DNA of 64,000 nucleotides from a virus (Duplodnaviria; Caudoviricetes): positions 128,001 to 192,000 of IMG/VR virus record IMGVR_UViG_3300037067_013742. One strand, written 5' to 3'. The translations under genes were made by a program, and so were the position numbers. Position 1 is the first letter of the stretch. Every line of letters begins with the position of its first letter. Under the pieces are notes generated by a model, which was not told the DNA's origin, searched no databases, and worked only from the letters and a program-made list of their open reading frames with translations. Positions 1 through 9,954 of the stretch are shown here, piece by piece.

Positions 1-2813
1 ACTCTAGTGGGTTTGGCAGTAGTCGTTATCACGGCGAAACCTTTTCTACTGAAGAGAATATCGACCGCGGATCTTCTTTTCTAATAAAGAAGGAATGTTC
101 TATTAGCCTAGCAGACGGAACTGCTTCTCTTCCGAGGAAGGCCACAACTGATCAGTGGAAGGTTCAGAAGATAGAGATTGGCTCTCTATCTAATGGAGTT
201 CTTGGCAATAATACAGAAGCAGGAGCTCCAATTAGGGGAACAATATCCTCTATGTATGACGGTAACGTTGATACATGGACGGAATATGAGAAGGTTGTAA
301 ATGCTGAAGACGAGGAGACTCTTCGGTTAGAGCTAAAGATTTCTCTTGATGACATCCGTGTTGTTAATGGGATTAAGCTACACCCCATTTTCCTTGGGGC
401 TAGAACGCCTCCAGTTATAGACGTAATAAAGGTTTCCGAAGATGGTCGCGTCTGGACTTCTCTAAAAGATGAGGTCTCTGTCGCTGAATTTATGGGAGAG
501 AGACTAGAAGATAGATTCCACCTATCTCCCGGATCATCAAGATTTGCTGGAGAGTTTAATATTGTCTTTGCGCCTAGGTTTACAAAATTCATTAGTATTC
601 TGATAAGGCAATCTTCTTCGTTCCCCATAACTGACGTTTATGGAAGCCGAAAACTTAGATATGCGATTGGTATAAAAGAGATTGCAGTCTATGGCTTCCA
701 GTATGAGACAGCTGGAGAGCTGATCTCTAAGCCAATTCAGTTTACAGATGACTTTACAGCAGCCTCTATTATCTCCTTGGTAGATCCTCCTTTTGTTCCA
801 AGGACAGTTGGTGGAGCTGAATACTATCTTTCATTTAATGATGGAGCTTCATGGGATCAGCTTACTTCTCAAGAAGATGCTGACTCTCAGCTTCCAGAGG
901 TCCTGAGCCCCGAGGCTGCGACTAAGGCTCTTCGGTGGAAGGTTAGACTTTTTAAGGATGAGGCAGCTTTTGAGAAGAGTATCCCGCGGCCCTCTATCTC
1001 TACAAGAGAGATATATAACTATCCAGACAGAAGTCCCAAATCAATTAAGCTAGAGCATAAGCCAAAGGATGGAACTGTATCTGTTTGTGATCCCAATATT
1101 GGGAGTCGCGGGAAACTGTACCCAAAGATGGTTCTTGGCAAAGGTGTCTTCTCGGAGCTAAAAGTAGATCCGGGTGGTGGCGGAAACTGGGAGAGGCACG
1201 GCAATACAGAACTTAAGCTGCAAATCCCAATTAGTGAGATCGATAATCCCGATGAAGTTTATGTATATGTAAACAATGTTCAGTTTGCAAAGGGGATAGA
1301 TTGGTCTGGGGCTGATCGGTTTACGAGGAGGTGTATCGTAAGACGGAGCACAGATGCTTCTACTGATGGGACAGACTCATCTCTTGAAGTTGTATTTGGT
1401 AATGGGGATGGTCTTGCTCCTGTCGGGATGATACCGGCGGCCACTGACACCATCTCTGTCTGCCTAAGTCAGGAATATGTATCGCTAGATGGGATAGCGG
1501 CCCCATATAAATTAAAGTTGGCCTATTCTTCTAATGGCAACAAGAAGGATACTCAGATCAAGTTTGCTGGCCAGCCATTCATGATTGCGGCAAATGAGAC
1601 TCTCCCAACTGGGATAACTAAGTATAAGCTTGTAAATTCTGATAGGGTTAGGCTTGACGAGACCTCTTCTCCACCAAAGCGACTTGTTATAAGGGGTTCT
1701 GATAGTGGACCGTCCTGGGTGGCCGCTTTGGGAAGCACGGCTTCTTATATCGGGGCCCCGGCAATTCCGTCAAGTACAACTTTTATAAGATACCGAGAGT
1801 TTATAGATGGCAGTACAGAATTAGATGCTTCTGGCGATTGGACCCTAGACCCGGTTCGTGGCTATCTTTATATGAAAACGCCCGTAGATGATTATACGTA
1901 TTCAATTTCATATTATCCAGATAGCAGTATTTATCTTGAAGAGACTGATTGGGATTTCGTTTCGGGTAAGCTAGACGAGATAGACGTTTATGAGACTGGA
2001 TATCATACGATTTCTGGATCGCAATCGCTTTCTTCTGGTGTTAAGTCGGCTGATCTTACTGGATCAACTGGGATTGTTCCAAAGAGCGTTCGTATAAATG
2101 GAGACGTTTTTGGGGCTGGAATATCTCCATTTGAAGTCCCCTATATTAATGGGGCTGACGAATTTGAAGTTATGGGAAAGATTCAGGACGAGATAATTCC
2201 GCAAGCTGTTTCTGCTGGTGTTCCAGCAATAGCAAAGTTTCAAATAACTCATCACGAAAACCTTATTCCCACGTCTGGATTTTCCTTTACAAATCAGACT
2301 GGCCCATCTCCTACTTTTACTAATATGGTGATAAATTACGCGTCTTTGGCAAATGTTGGAGATTACTATATAGACGTGGATGGTAGTGGCGTTGATGGCT
2401 TGGGCTATGTCTATGTTGTCTTGACAACTGCGGGGAGTACGATCCCTGCCAATGAGACAATTGCTTATTATTATAGAGATGCATACTCTTCTGAGCGGAT
2501 GAAAGGTTCTTACTCAGTAGATCAGGTAAATGGCAGGGTGTTCTTTTCAGAAGCTTTGTCAGCTACTGGAACAGCTAAATTTAAGTATACTTCTTATACA
2601 GTTAGCTACAATATTTCTAGAGAGTTTGAATCTGGTAGTGAGTGGAAGCTTAAGGAAGATGGACAAACGATAGTCTTAGATTTGTCTTCTAATTCTTCCC
2701 AGAGTGGTAAGGTATCGGTCCGATATGAGTACGAAGTAGAGAGCTTAAACGTTGCCGACTTAGCTCCTTATTATTCTCCTCTTCTTCGGGCTCTTGCCGT
2801 GAAGGTGGCTTAA
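1..2813 (+). CDS. Large probable virion structural protein (baseplate/tail-associated), 5' end lies upstream of the window
   Basis: Frame is open from position 3 to the ATG at 252; beta-rich S/T/G composition; shares motifs with the next ORF (YAIGIKEI vs YDFGISQV; YSPLL vs LTPTL). Confidence 0.55.
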   Translation, partial: SSGFGSSRYHGETFSTEENIDRGSSFLIKKECSISLADGTASLPRKATTDQWKVQKIEIGSLSNGVLGNNTEAGAPIRGTISSMYDGNVDTWTEYEKVVNAEDEETLRLELKISLDDIRVVNGIKLHPIFLGARTPPVIDVIKVSEDGRVWTSLKDEVSVAEFMGERLEDRFHLSPGSSRFAGEFNIVFAPRFTKFISILIRQSSSFPITDVYGSRKLRYAIGIKEIAVYGFQYETAGELISKPIQFTDDFTAASIISLVDPPFVPRTVGGAEYYLSFNDGASWDQLTSQEDADSQLPEVLSPEAATKALRWKVRLFKDEAAFEKSIPRPSISTREIYNYPDRSPKSIKLEHKPKDGTVSVCDPNIGSRGKLYPKMVLGKGVFSELKVDPGGGGNWERHGNTELKLQIPISEIDNPDEVYVYVNNVQFAKGIDWSGADRFTRRCIVRRSTDASTDGTDSSLEVVFGNGDGLAPVGMIPAATDTISVCLSQEYVSLDGIAAPYKLKLAYSSNGNKKDTQIKFAGQPFMIAANETLPTGITKYKLVNSDRVRLDETSSPPKRLVIRGSDSGPSWVAALGSTASYIGAPAIPSSTTFIRYREFIDGSTELDASGDWTLDPVRGYLYMKTPVDDYTYSISYYPDSSIYLEETDWDFVSGKLDEIDVYETGYHTISGSQSLSSGVKSADLTGSTGIVPKSVRINGDVFGAGISPFEVPYINGADEFEVMGKIQDEIIPQAVSAGVPAIAKFQITHHENLIPTSGFSFTNQTGPSPTFTNMVINYASLANVGDYYIDVDGSGVDGLGYVYVVLTTAGSTIPANETIAYYYRDAYSSERMKGSYSVDQVNGRVFFSEALSATGTAKFKYTSYTVSYNISREFESGSEWKLKEDGQTIVLDLSSNSSQSGKVSVRYEYEVESLNVADLAPYYSPLLRALAVKVA

Positions 2814-4946
2814 GTGGGATATGTTTCTGAAAATAGAACTATCAGGATATTAGAGGACGCTCTAAAGGCTTATCTACTTGAGGGCCGTGTTCCGTCTACT
2901 GGTGAGTTACAAAATGCTTTGTCAGAAGAGGAAGCTGCATTCGGTGCCCTTACCAGGAGTGGGCTTCGGGCGGTCCCCTTGCCAGAGCGTTTTACCGAGT
3001 CTTCTGCTTCCGCCTTTCAAGATGCCTTAGAGGCTATAGACAATGACAGAGAAGTTCTTCTTACCTCTTTGGCTGACGTAAACGAACTGTCTCTTGCAAA
3101 GCTTGCCGAGTGGAACAGCCGCGCTAAAGGTTTAAAGGTTCGTCTTGACAAGCTTCTTGGCAGAGTTGAGTCGCTGGTTCTTCTTGAGTCTGATATTGCT
3201 GGTTATGCTGGATTTGTTGAAGAGGGCTTTCGATCTCTAGAGAATATCGCTTCTACGACAACTGCAAATATAGATACCTCTACCGGCGAGGTTACTCTTA
3301 ACGTCGATAGGGCAGAGGCAGATCCTGGCTCGGGCGGAACCTTAATAGATGTTAGAGAAGCTTCTGTAAGTATAGGTCTTATAGAGAGTGGAAATTCAAG
3401 GAATATACTTAAGGTTGCTGGTGCCTCTCCTAGAAACATACTTTCTGATTCGCTTAATAGATGGGGAGCTGAAGTAGTATCTCGTAATCCAGAAGACTTT
3501 AGAACTTCGAGTATGTCTGGAAAACCAGTTGTCTTAGAAGTGAAGATTGGTCTTGTCCGAAAAGAAGAAGTTTCTAAAGTAGTTCTACTTATGTCCGATG
3601 CTACAGCAGGAGCAAAGAACGTTATAAATCTTCAATATAGCCTTGATGGATATACCTGGGCGAACGTTCCGTCTGAGTCTCCAGTACAGTCTGGTACTGG
3701 GAACTTTATATTCAGATTTCCCAAAACTGAAATGCAGTGGCTAAAGGTTATCGTCTCTAAGGTTTCTCCAGACGAATATAGAGATGGTAGTCCTGTTTAT
3801 GATTTTGGCATTTCTCAGGTAAAGCTATACTCTGAGAGTTTTGAGGTTGGTTCTGATGGTGTAGATCTCTATACCGAAACTCTCATTCCAAAAATGGCGG
3901 GTCAGCTTGTTCTCTTTGGCAGAGCCTCTCTCGAGGTTTGTGAGGAAATTCCGCCCGCAACTTCTATAAGATACTTTCTTAGAGCCTATGATGGGTCGTC
4001 TTATACTGATTGGGTACAGGTTGCTCCCCTTTCTAGAGAAGCAGATTCTTCCAAATCTGTAGTCGACTTCTCAACGCCATCTACAATTTCGTCCGAAGAT
4101 CTAACGACCAGATTCAATTCTTCTATAGATTATGAGGCGTTAGATATTATGCGAGTTGATGGAACTGGTTCGCTCGCTTACCGATTCAATGGGCCTAACG
4201 ACACAATAGCTAACTTCTACCTATCTCATAATGACAACCTGTTGTCTAATCTTGTCTTTCTGAGAAACATTGGTTATTCAGATGGTAAGTACCCAACAGT
4301 AGATGTCGATCTAAAAGTTGGTGATACGGAATGCGGTTGGGGTCTTGATGGAGAAAATATCTATTACTGTGAGTTTCAAGTTAAGAACCCGGCTGGGATG
4401 GAAATTGATTTTGGGACAACCCAGGCTAATCTAGATTCAAAAGTTGTTTCTGGTGTTGTTGAGGGGATCAAGCCTGGTTGGCATAAGTTTAGGACAACTA
4501 GGTCGAACTGGGCGTCTTTAGATAGCACTCTCTTTGTGGCTGCGCCTACTACAGAAGCTCTTTTAAAGGCGGGTGATCCGCTATATCCTTATAACCATAA
4601 GTATCTTATCGAAGGATATAACTATCCTACTTCTTTCATTGGTAAGAAAGTCTATAAGGGAGTTGATCTTTATACTCAACTAAGAGCGACAAGAGTTGGG
4701 ATTAATACAATTTTAGAGTCTGTAGTAGATGCCTCTATTTATGCTATTGATGTCATAGATGGTCCAAAGACGATAGTTCTTCTTAAGTTTGACTCAAGCC
4801 GGCCAAACTTCCAGAATGAGAGAGTTAGGCTTTTATATGACAGGCGGTTTGAAGCGTTTACTGGTTTAGAGTTGAGAGCCTCATTAAAGTCTGATGATGC
4901 AATGCTAACACCAACTCTTTCATACTTTAGAGTTAGGGTTCAATAA
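2814..4946 (+). CDS. Probable virion structural protein, paralog of the upstream gene
   Basis: 710 aa, N-terminal helical/coiled-coil region then beta-rich domains (LQYSLDGYTW); abuts both neighbours. Confidence 0.55.
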   Translation: MGYVSENRTIRILEDALKAYLLEGRVPSTGELQNALSEEEAAFGALTRSGLRAVPLPERFTESSASAFQDALEAIDNDREVLLTSLADVNELSLAKLAEWNSRAKGLKVRLDKLLGRVESLVLLESDIAGYAGFVEEGFRSLENIASTTTANIDTSTGEVTLNVDRAEADPGSGGTLIDVREASVSIGLIESGNSRNILKVAGASPRNILSDSLNRWGAEVVSRNPEDFRTSSMSGKPVVLEVKIGLVRKEEVSKVVLLMSDATAGAKNVINLQYSLDGYTWANVPSESPVQSGTGNFIFRFPKTEMQWLKVIVSKVSPDEYRDGSPVYDFGISQVKLYSESFEVGSDGVDLYTETLIPKMAGQLVLFGRASLEVCEEIPPATSIRYFLRAYDGSSYTDWVQVAPLSREADSSKSVVDFSTPSTISSEDLTTRFNSSIDYEALDIMRVDGTGSLAYRFNGPNDTIANFYLSHNDNLLSNLVFLRNIGYSDGKYPTVDVDLKVGDTECGWGLDGENIYYCEFQVKNPAGMEIDFGTTQANLDSKVVSGVVEGIKPGWHKFRTTRSNWASLDSTLFVAAPTTEALLKAGDPLYPYNHKYLIEGYNYPTSFIGKKVYKGVDLYTQLRATRVGINTILESVVDASIYAIDVIDGPKTIVLLKFDSSRPNFQNERVRLLYDRRFEAFTGLELRASLKSDDAMLTPTLSYFRVRVQ

Positions 4947-6058
4947 TGAGAAGACTTAGTACATCTGGTACTGTTCCAACAATTGTCCCGTCTGGATCTA
5001 CGGATGTTCTCAGGCAGATTGAGGACATTATTAGGGGCATCCAAAGCGATGTTGGGCAAGTTATTATTGGTTATAACGAAGATGTCTACCCAATAATTTC
5101 TTCTTTCTCACAAGGGCGGAGCGAGACTAGATGGTCTCTCTCTGATGATATCTACCCGAAGAAAAATGGAATAGATGGCTCTCAGGTTTTTCTAGATAAT
5201 GACGCCTCTCTTTCTCTAGAGGATGGACGTTACTGGCGATCTGACTTGTCTCGGCCAAAGACTATAAAGGAATCTGTAGAGGATTTATATACTAGTCTCT
5301 CAAATAGTATAGATTCCATAAGGGGAGATTTTGCTTCTGTCTCTAGCTATGGAGTTCCAGCTAGAGCGGTTGGTATGATTGGGGATAACATCTTTGATGC
5401 ATCTAAAAGTTCAGACTCTTCTTCTTTAGATTCTATAGCTAATGGGAACGTCCTTCATGTTCTTCAGGTAGCAAGAGATCTTTATGGTGATGCTTATGAC
5501 AGCTGGACCTCTGATGGCTCTATTCTTCTGACTGGCGGGTCGTTAAGAACTATGGTAGAGGGGCTCCTCTCCATCCATAACAGCACTTGGGATTCTAGTA
5601 CGATTCCTCTCCATTCGGCTCTTCCGATTTATAGCACCTATACGGGGACTCCCTATAATGAGGTTACGGCTCTTGCCGATGACGTAATTGGCGGTCTAAT
5701 TTTTGATCCCTCCCAAAATGCCTCAGTTGAAGTCCAGTATACTTTTGAAGCAGCTATTGGATATATGGGAGCTGCTGCGGTAGATGGGGAGCTATATCTC
5801 TATGACATGGGAACTAGTGGAGCTATAGGTGCGGGTACTTTAGTAACAACTTTGTCTACGGCGAGTGTGGCTCAGGGCGCTGGATTTGTAGATAAGGTTT
5901 CTAGTATTCTTACTATTAGTGCTGCTCCAATTGCTGGAGCAAGCCAGATTCTTAATAGCGAGCGGGTCTATGAGATAAGAACTAAATTGACTGGAGCTCC
6001 TGGTCCTGGTGAATATTGCCAGGTCTCTTGGGCTGGCATTGTAGCAAGGCCAACATAA
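4946..6058 (+). CDS. Putative tail fibre/appendage protein, paralog A
   Basis: First ~220 aa align with the next ORF (DGRYWRSDLSRPKTIKES vs DGRYWRTDLLRPRTIKES). Confidence 0.5.
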   Translation: MRRLSTSGTVPTIVPSGSTDVLRQIEDIIRGIQSDVGQVIIGYNEDVYPIISSFSQGRSETRWSLSDDIYPKKNGIDGSQVFLDNDASLSLEDGRYWRSDLSRPKTIKESVEDLYTSLSNSIDSIRGDFASVSSYGVPARAVGMIGDNIFDASKSSDSSSLDSIANGNVLHVLQVARDLYGDAYDSWTSDGSILLTGGSLRTMVEGLLSIHNSTWDSSTIPLHSALPIYSTYTGTPYNEVTALADDVIGGLIFDPSQNASVEVQYTFEAAIGYMGAAAVDGELYLYDMGTSGAIGAGTLVTTLSTASVAQGAGFVDKVSSILTISAAPIAGASQILNSERVYEIRTKLTGAPGPGEYCQVSWAGIVARPT

Positions 6059-6060
6059 CC

Positions 6061-7440
6061 ATGAGAAGGTTACAAGACATAGGGACTACTGCTTCTATTT
6101 CCACTTCTGGCGCAACTCCTATTGTAAGTCAGATAGAGGATGTTCTTGCCGGAATACAAAGTACTCTCTCTCAAATAATTACTGAGTATAACGCTGAAGT
6201 TTATCCTGTGATCTCTTCTCTTCCACAAGGTCGGGATGACACTCGCTGGAAGATGGCTAATAATGCTATCTATCCAAAGAGGAATTATCTAGACGGCAAT
6301 AACATTTTTGTTGACTCTACTGCTTCGGCCAGGGTGGATGATGGCCGTTATTGGAGAACAGACTTACTGCGGCCCCGGACAATTAAAGAATCCTTTTCTC
6401 AGCTCTATACAGAGATCCAAGATCAGATTGATGGGTTAAGAACCTCTATTTCTAGCTATACGAACGAGGGCCTGACTGCTGCTCAGAAGGCCAGGATCGG
6501 GATGAACATATTCGACCCAATCCTTCCATCTTCTGCGTCTTCGTTAGATGGCTTAACCCAAACCCATGAGCTTAACTTTACTCAAGTGGGAAAAGACCTT
6601 TATGGTGCATCTTGGTCGTTAGATGGAGATGGTCTAGAGAATCTTTACTACTCAGTTAAAGAGATGGTTGATGCTCTGCTACAAATTCATGGCGGGGCAT
6701 GGGATACTGACGTTTCTGTTTTTCATAGCTCTTGGGGAACGCCTCTTTCTATTTCGGAGGAAGGCGTTTCCGTTGAGCCCGGTGTTGCAAATATAGACTT
6801 CGTTGGAGCTAGCGTAACAGCAACTCAAACAGCTCCAGGATCAGTTGAGATTGAAGTTACAACTTCTTATTGGGGAGCAGTTGCAGATACTTCTGAGCTT
6901 CCGAACGTTGTCGGGGCATCGGTTCAAGATGCAGCTTTAGCTGCTGGCGATACAGCTTATGTTACAGCTGACTCTGCGTTATATCTTTGTATTGTCGATA
7001 CCGTTGGATCAGCTCTATGGGTAAGCCTTTTAACTGGAGGACGGGTTTTGGAAACGCCGCTTGTTGATACTACAGATCATGCTACTTCTGCTGGAATTAG
7101 TTATCCAGATGATAGCGGTCTAGAGATGGAAGGCTATAGAGACTTGTCCTTTACTGGTAAGTTTATCTGTGGCGCAAATAACACAATCTCTTTTACTGTT
7201 GAGGGTACAAATGACGAGGATGCTACTCCAGCCAATCGTGACTGGATATCAATCTATGCTTATCGGTCAGATGCAAACACGGTGGTTAACAGTATTGCTT
7301 GTGGTTCTGCTGCAACCGTAACCTTTGGATGGGATTTTGACAACTGCAACTACAAGTATGTACGTGTCCGACTTGTTATTACAAACACTGGTGTTCTGTC
7401 GAATACGGTTGTCATCATAGCTCGGCAAAAGTCGTTATAG
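6061..7440 (+). CDS. Putative tail fibre/appendage protein, paralog B
   Basis: Start moved to ATG 6061 (MRRL, matching paralog A); C-terminal half differs from paralog A. Confidence 0.5.
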   Translation: MRRLQDIGTTASISTSGATPIVSQIEDVLAGIQSTLSQIITEYNAEVYPVISSLPQGRDDTRWKMANNAIYPKRNYLDGNNIFVDSTASARVDDGRYWRTDLLRPRTIKESFSQLYTEIQDQIDGLRTSISSYTNEGLTAAQKARIGMNIFDPILPSSASSLDGLTQTHELNFTQVGKDLYGASWSLDGDGLENLYYSVKEMVDALLQIHGGAWDTDVSVFHSSWGTPLSISEEGVSVEPGVANIDFVGASVTATQTAPGSVEIEVTTSYWGAVADTSELPNVVGASVQDAALAAGDTAYVTADSALYLCIVDTVGSALWVSLLTGGRVLETPLVDTTDHATSAGISYPDDSGLEMEGYRDLSFTGKFICGANNTISFTVEGTNDEDATPANRDWISIYAYRSDANTVVNSIACGSAATVTFGWDFDNCNYKYVRVRLVITNTGVLSNTVVIIARQKSL

Positions 7441-7475
7441 TTATAGTAGTTAGCTTAATTCGATAGGTTTGAAGA

Positions 7476-9455
7476 GTGCTCCATATCAACAGATACCCGG
7501 TTTGGCCCGACGGACGCTGCAAGAAACAGTCGGGCTTTGGTCCGTTGTCTGGCACGTTGATCGAGAAGTATGACGCGCGTGCTTGCTTCGATCCCATGAC
7601 GTTGACCAGTGTTGGGGCAGAGAATCCCTGGGGCGTGCCTTACATGCTCTGGACGTCTCTGGACGGCGACACACCGACGATCAACCCCGCCGGAATGACG
7701 CTGGCCGCGACGGGAGCGGGAGTCGTACCGGGGGCGCCCACGCCGTATCAGTACCCATCTGGGGTGGACGCGACAACAGAACGCTATGACGGAGTGGACT
7801 ACAGAAGGGACACGACACATCCTCCGTCTTGGCTGATTACTGATGATCTCGTTATTCTGGTGAAGTACAAGACGTACGACGACTACGGCACTGCGCGAAA
7901 GGTGTTGCTAACAAACCAACCCAGCATCTACACAAATGGATTTAGCATTTACCATATAAATGCGCCAGGCAACACCTTCTTTAGATTTTACTACCTACCG
8001 TTAGCGCATCAAGCCGCTGTCCCCATGGGGAACTCTTGGAGAAGAACACACAATTTTGCTGTTTGCATATTGGACAGATCTGCCGAGAATCTGTATGGGT
8101 GGTTGAATGGCACTCCTGGCGGGCCGTACCATGATGCAGTATTGAATAATGCTACGTATGTGGGCACCGGCTTCGCTGTTGGAGCCTTTACTGATGGCAC
8201 TTACCCGGCAGGGGCTGGTACTGGCGTAGAGTGGTTCGCCATTTATGCTGGCGCCGATCTATACGAATTCTGGACGGCGGATAGCAGCAGGCTAATAAAC
8301 CGTATAACCTGGGAGTCTCTTGGGTTGAGAGAGACTCTTACGAACAGCAAATACTGGGCCTATTCACACCCTGACGGGACTATTCAACCTCCAGCAGATG
8401 CAGGTGATGGGGGAACATCGTACAAGGATCATAATGGTAGGTGGTGGCTAGCTACGCATGACGCCCCGGCCGCAGGAAATCCTAACGGCGCGCTCATGGT
8501 AGGATATGCCCATAATGTCGCATGCAGCGGTACCTATAACATAAACCCCACAGTCACTACTGGGTGGACCGTTTCCGGTGGTGTGTTCTCTGTTGTCAAT
8601 GACGCTGCTGCCCTGCTCGCGGCCAAGGCCGAGGTGTGGGGGCCTGCCGTTTTCAGCTTTGCGAACACTTCAGGCGTTAGTCAGACCGCTTACTGCGGCG
8701 CATCGCCCGCTGTTGTGCCTTGCCACTTCCATTTGCTCGCCAGGTACACTGTAGGTGGTGCTGGCGATGCAGAGATTGGGTGGCGGGATGTCAGTGCCGG
8801 AACATTTACCGCAGTTGGAACTATCAGCGACAACTACGATCTCAACGAGTTTTATTCGCAGACACCGCCTGATTCAGACTGTCGATTCTGTATCCGTGTT
8901 CCAGATCAATGCACGTTGCTGTTCATAGCCCAAAGTCTGAATGGATATAGCGTTGCCGATACTGTGGGCCGCAACAAGTACCCAGTGCCATATACAGCTC
9001 TGGGCGCGTATATGGCTACCATGGGTCGACGCGGGCGAGACTTCTGTACAACAGAGCACACGCCAGCAGCAGCTTCGGATTCCATCACAGTGCATGTTGC
9101 TCCGCTAGGCTGGAGCGGCACGGAGTGTGCTGACGATAACTCGATACTTCAGTGCGTGACGACTGCTGGAGACATACTCCATGCTGAAAAGGCCGCTGCG
9201 GGCTGGGCCACATCTGACGGCACAACGCAGATTCAGACTGTCGCTCCGGACGTGCCCACAAACGGCGTGTACGTGGATGTCTGGACAGCTTGGAAGGGCG
9301 CGCTGCAGTACGTGCAACAGGGGTTGCTGGGTGTAGCCGTGACTGGGGCGTACGATGGAGACAAAGGCACTGCCGGCCCGTTGGTGCTCCAGATACCTAC
9401 CGAAGGCAGCGGTGACTGCCTCGTGAAGTACATCGAGATCCGGGACGTTTCGTAG
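7476..9455 (+). CDS. Putative receptor-binding / lectin(LamG)-like virion protein
   Basis: 659 aa, G/T/A/aromatic-rich beta protein (LYGWLNG, FAVGA, FAIY resemble LamG strands); markedly higher GC than flanks. Confidence 0.45.
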   Translation: MLHINRYPVWPDGRCKKQSGFGPLSGTLIEKYDARACFDPMTLTSVGAENPWGVPYMLWTSLDGDTPTINPAGMTLAATGAGVVPGAPTPYQYPSGVDATTERYDGVDYRRDTTHPPSWLITDDLVILVKYKTYDDYGTARKVLLTNQPSIYTNGFSIYHINAPGNTFFRFYYLPLAHQAAVPMGNSWRRTHNFAVCILDRSAENLYGWLNGTPGGPYHDAVLNNATYVGTGFAVGAFTDGTYPAGAGTGVEWFAIYAGADLYEFWTADSSRLINRITWESLGLRETLTNSKYWAYSHPDGTIQPPADAGDGGTSYKDHNGRWWLATHDAPAAGNPNGALMVGYAHNVACSGTYNINPTVTTGWTVSGGVFSVVNDAAALLAAKAEVWGPAVFSFANTSGVSQTAYCGASPAVVPCHFHLLARYTVGGAGDAEIGWRDVSAGTFTAVGTISDNYDLNEFYSQTPPDSDCRFCIRVPDQCTLLFIAQSLNGYSVADTVGRNKYPVPYTALGAYMATMGRRGRDFCTTEHTPAAASDSITVHVAPLGWSGTECADDNSILQCVTTAGDILHAEKAAAGWATSDGTTQIQTVAPDVPTNGVYVDVWTAWKGALQYVQQGLLGVAVTGAYDGDKGTAGPLVLQIPTEGSGDCLVKYIEIRDVS

Positions 9456-9512
9456 AAAAAATCACGCTACACATAAATTATTAGATAGGCTACACTATCT
9501 TTGGAGGGTCTA

Positions 9513-9905
9513 ATGACTCTAAGAACTAAAAAAGTAGACATGTCTTCTCTTCCATTTGGGCGGTCTGTTACCTGGAGCTCGGGGACTGGAGACTTTGTTA
9601 ATACTGATATCTTAGATATTCAGGGGTCTCTTATGAAGGGCAGCTCTTATCTATCAGTCCAAGTAGAGGCCGCTTCAAGTTGTACTTTTCGTGTAAACGC
9701 ACGAACTATTAGGTATCCTCTTTATGAGGCCGCATTGATTAATGGAATCAACGCTCCAGATCTTCAGAATGGGGTAGAAGTAATAGACCAGAATGCTCTT
9801 ACTTATACTCTTACAGCCGGTGAGCTTCTAGAGCTTACTGATCTGCCAGTTGCCAACCTTCAGTTTACCGCCCTTGCTGGTACTGTAGTCGTTACTGCCC
9901 GATAA
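9513..9905 (+). CDS. Hypothetical small beta-rich protein
   Basis: GGAGG upstream of ATG 9513. Confidence 0.55.
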   Translation: MTLRTKKVDMSSLPFGRSVTWSSGTGDFVNTDILDIQGSLMKGSSYLSVQVEAASSCTFRVNARTIRYPLYEAALINGINAPDLQNGVEVIDQNALTYTLTAGELLELTDLPVANLQFTALAGTVVVTAR

Positions 9906-9954
9906 ATCTCCCTTTTATAGTAAACTTACAATTAGTTTAAACACGAGGTAAGCT

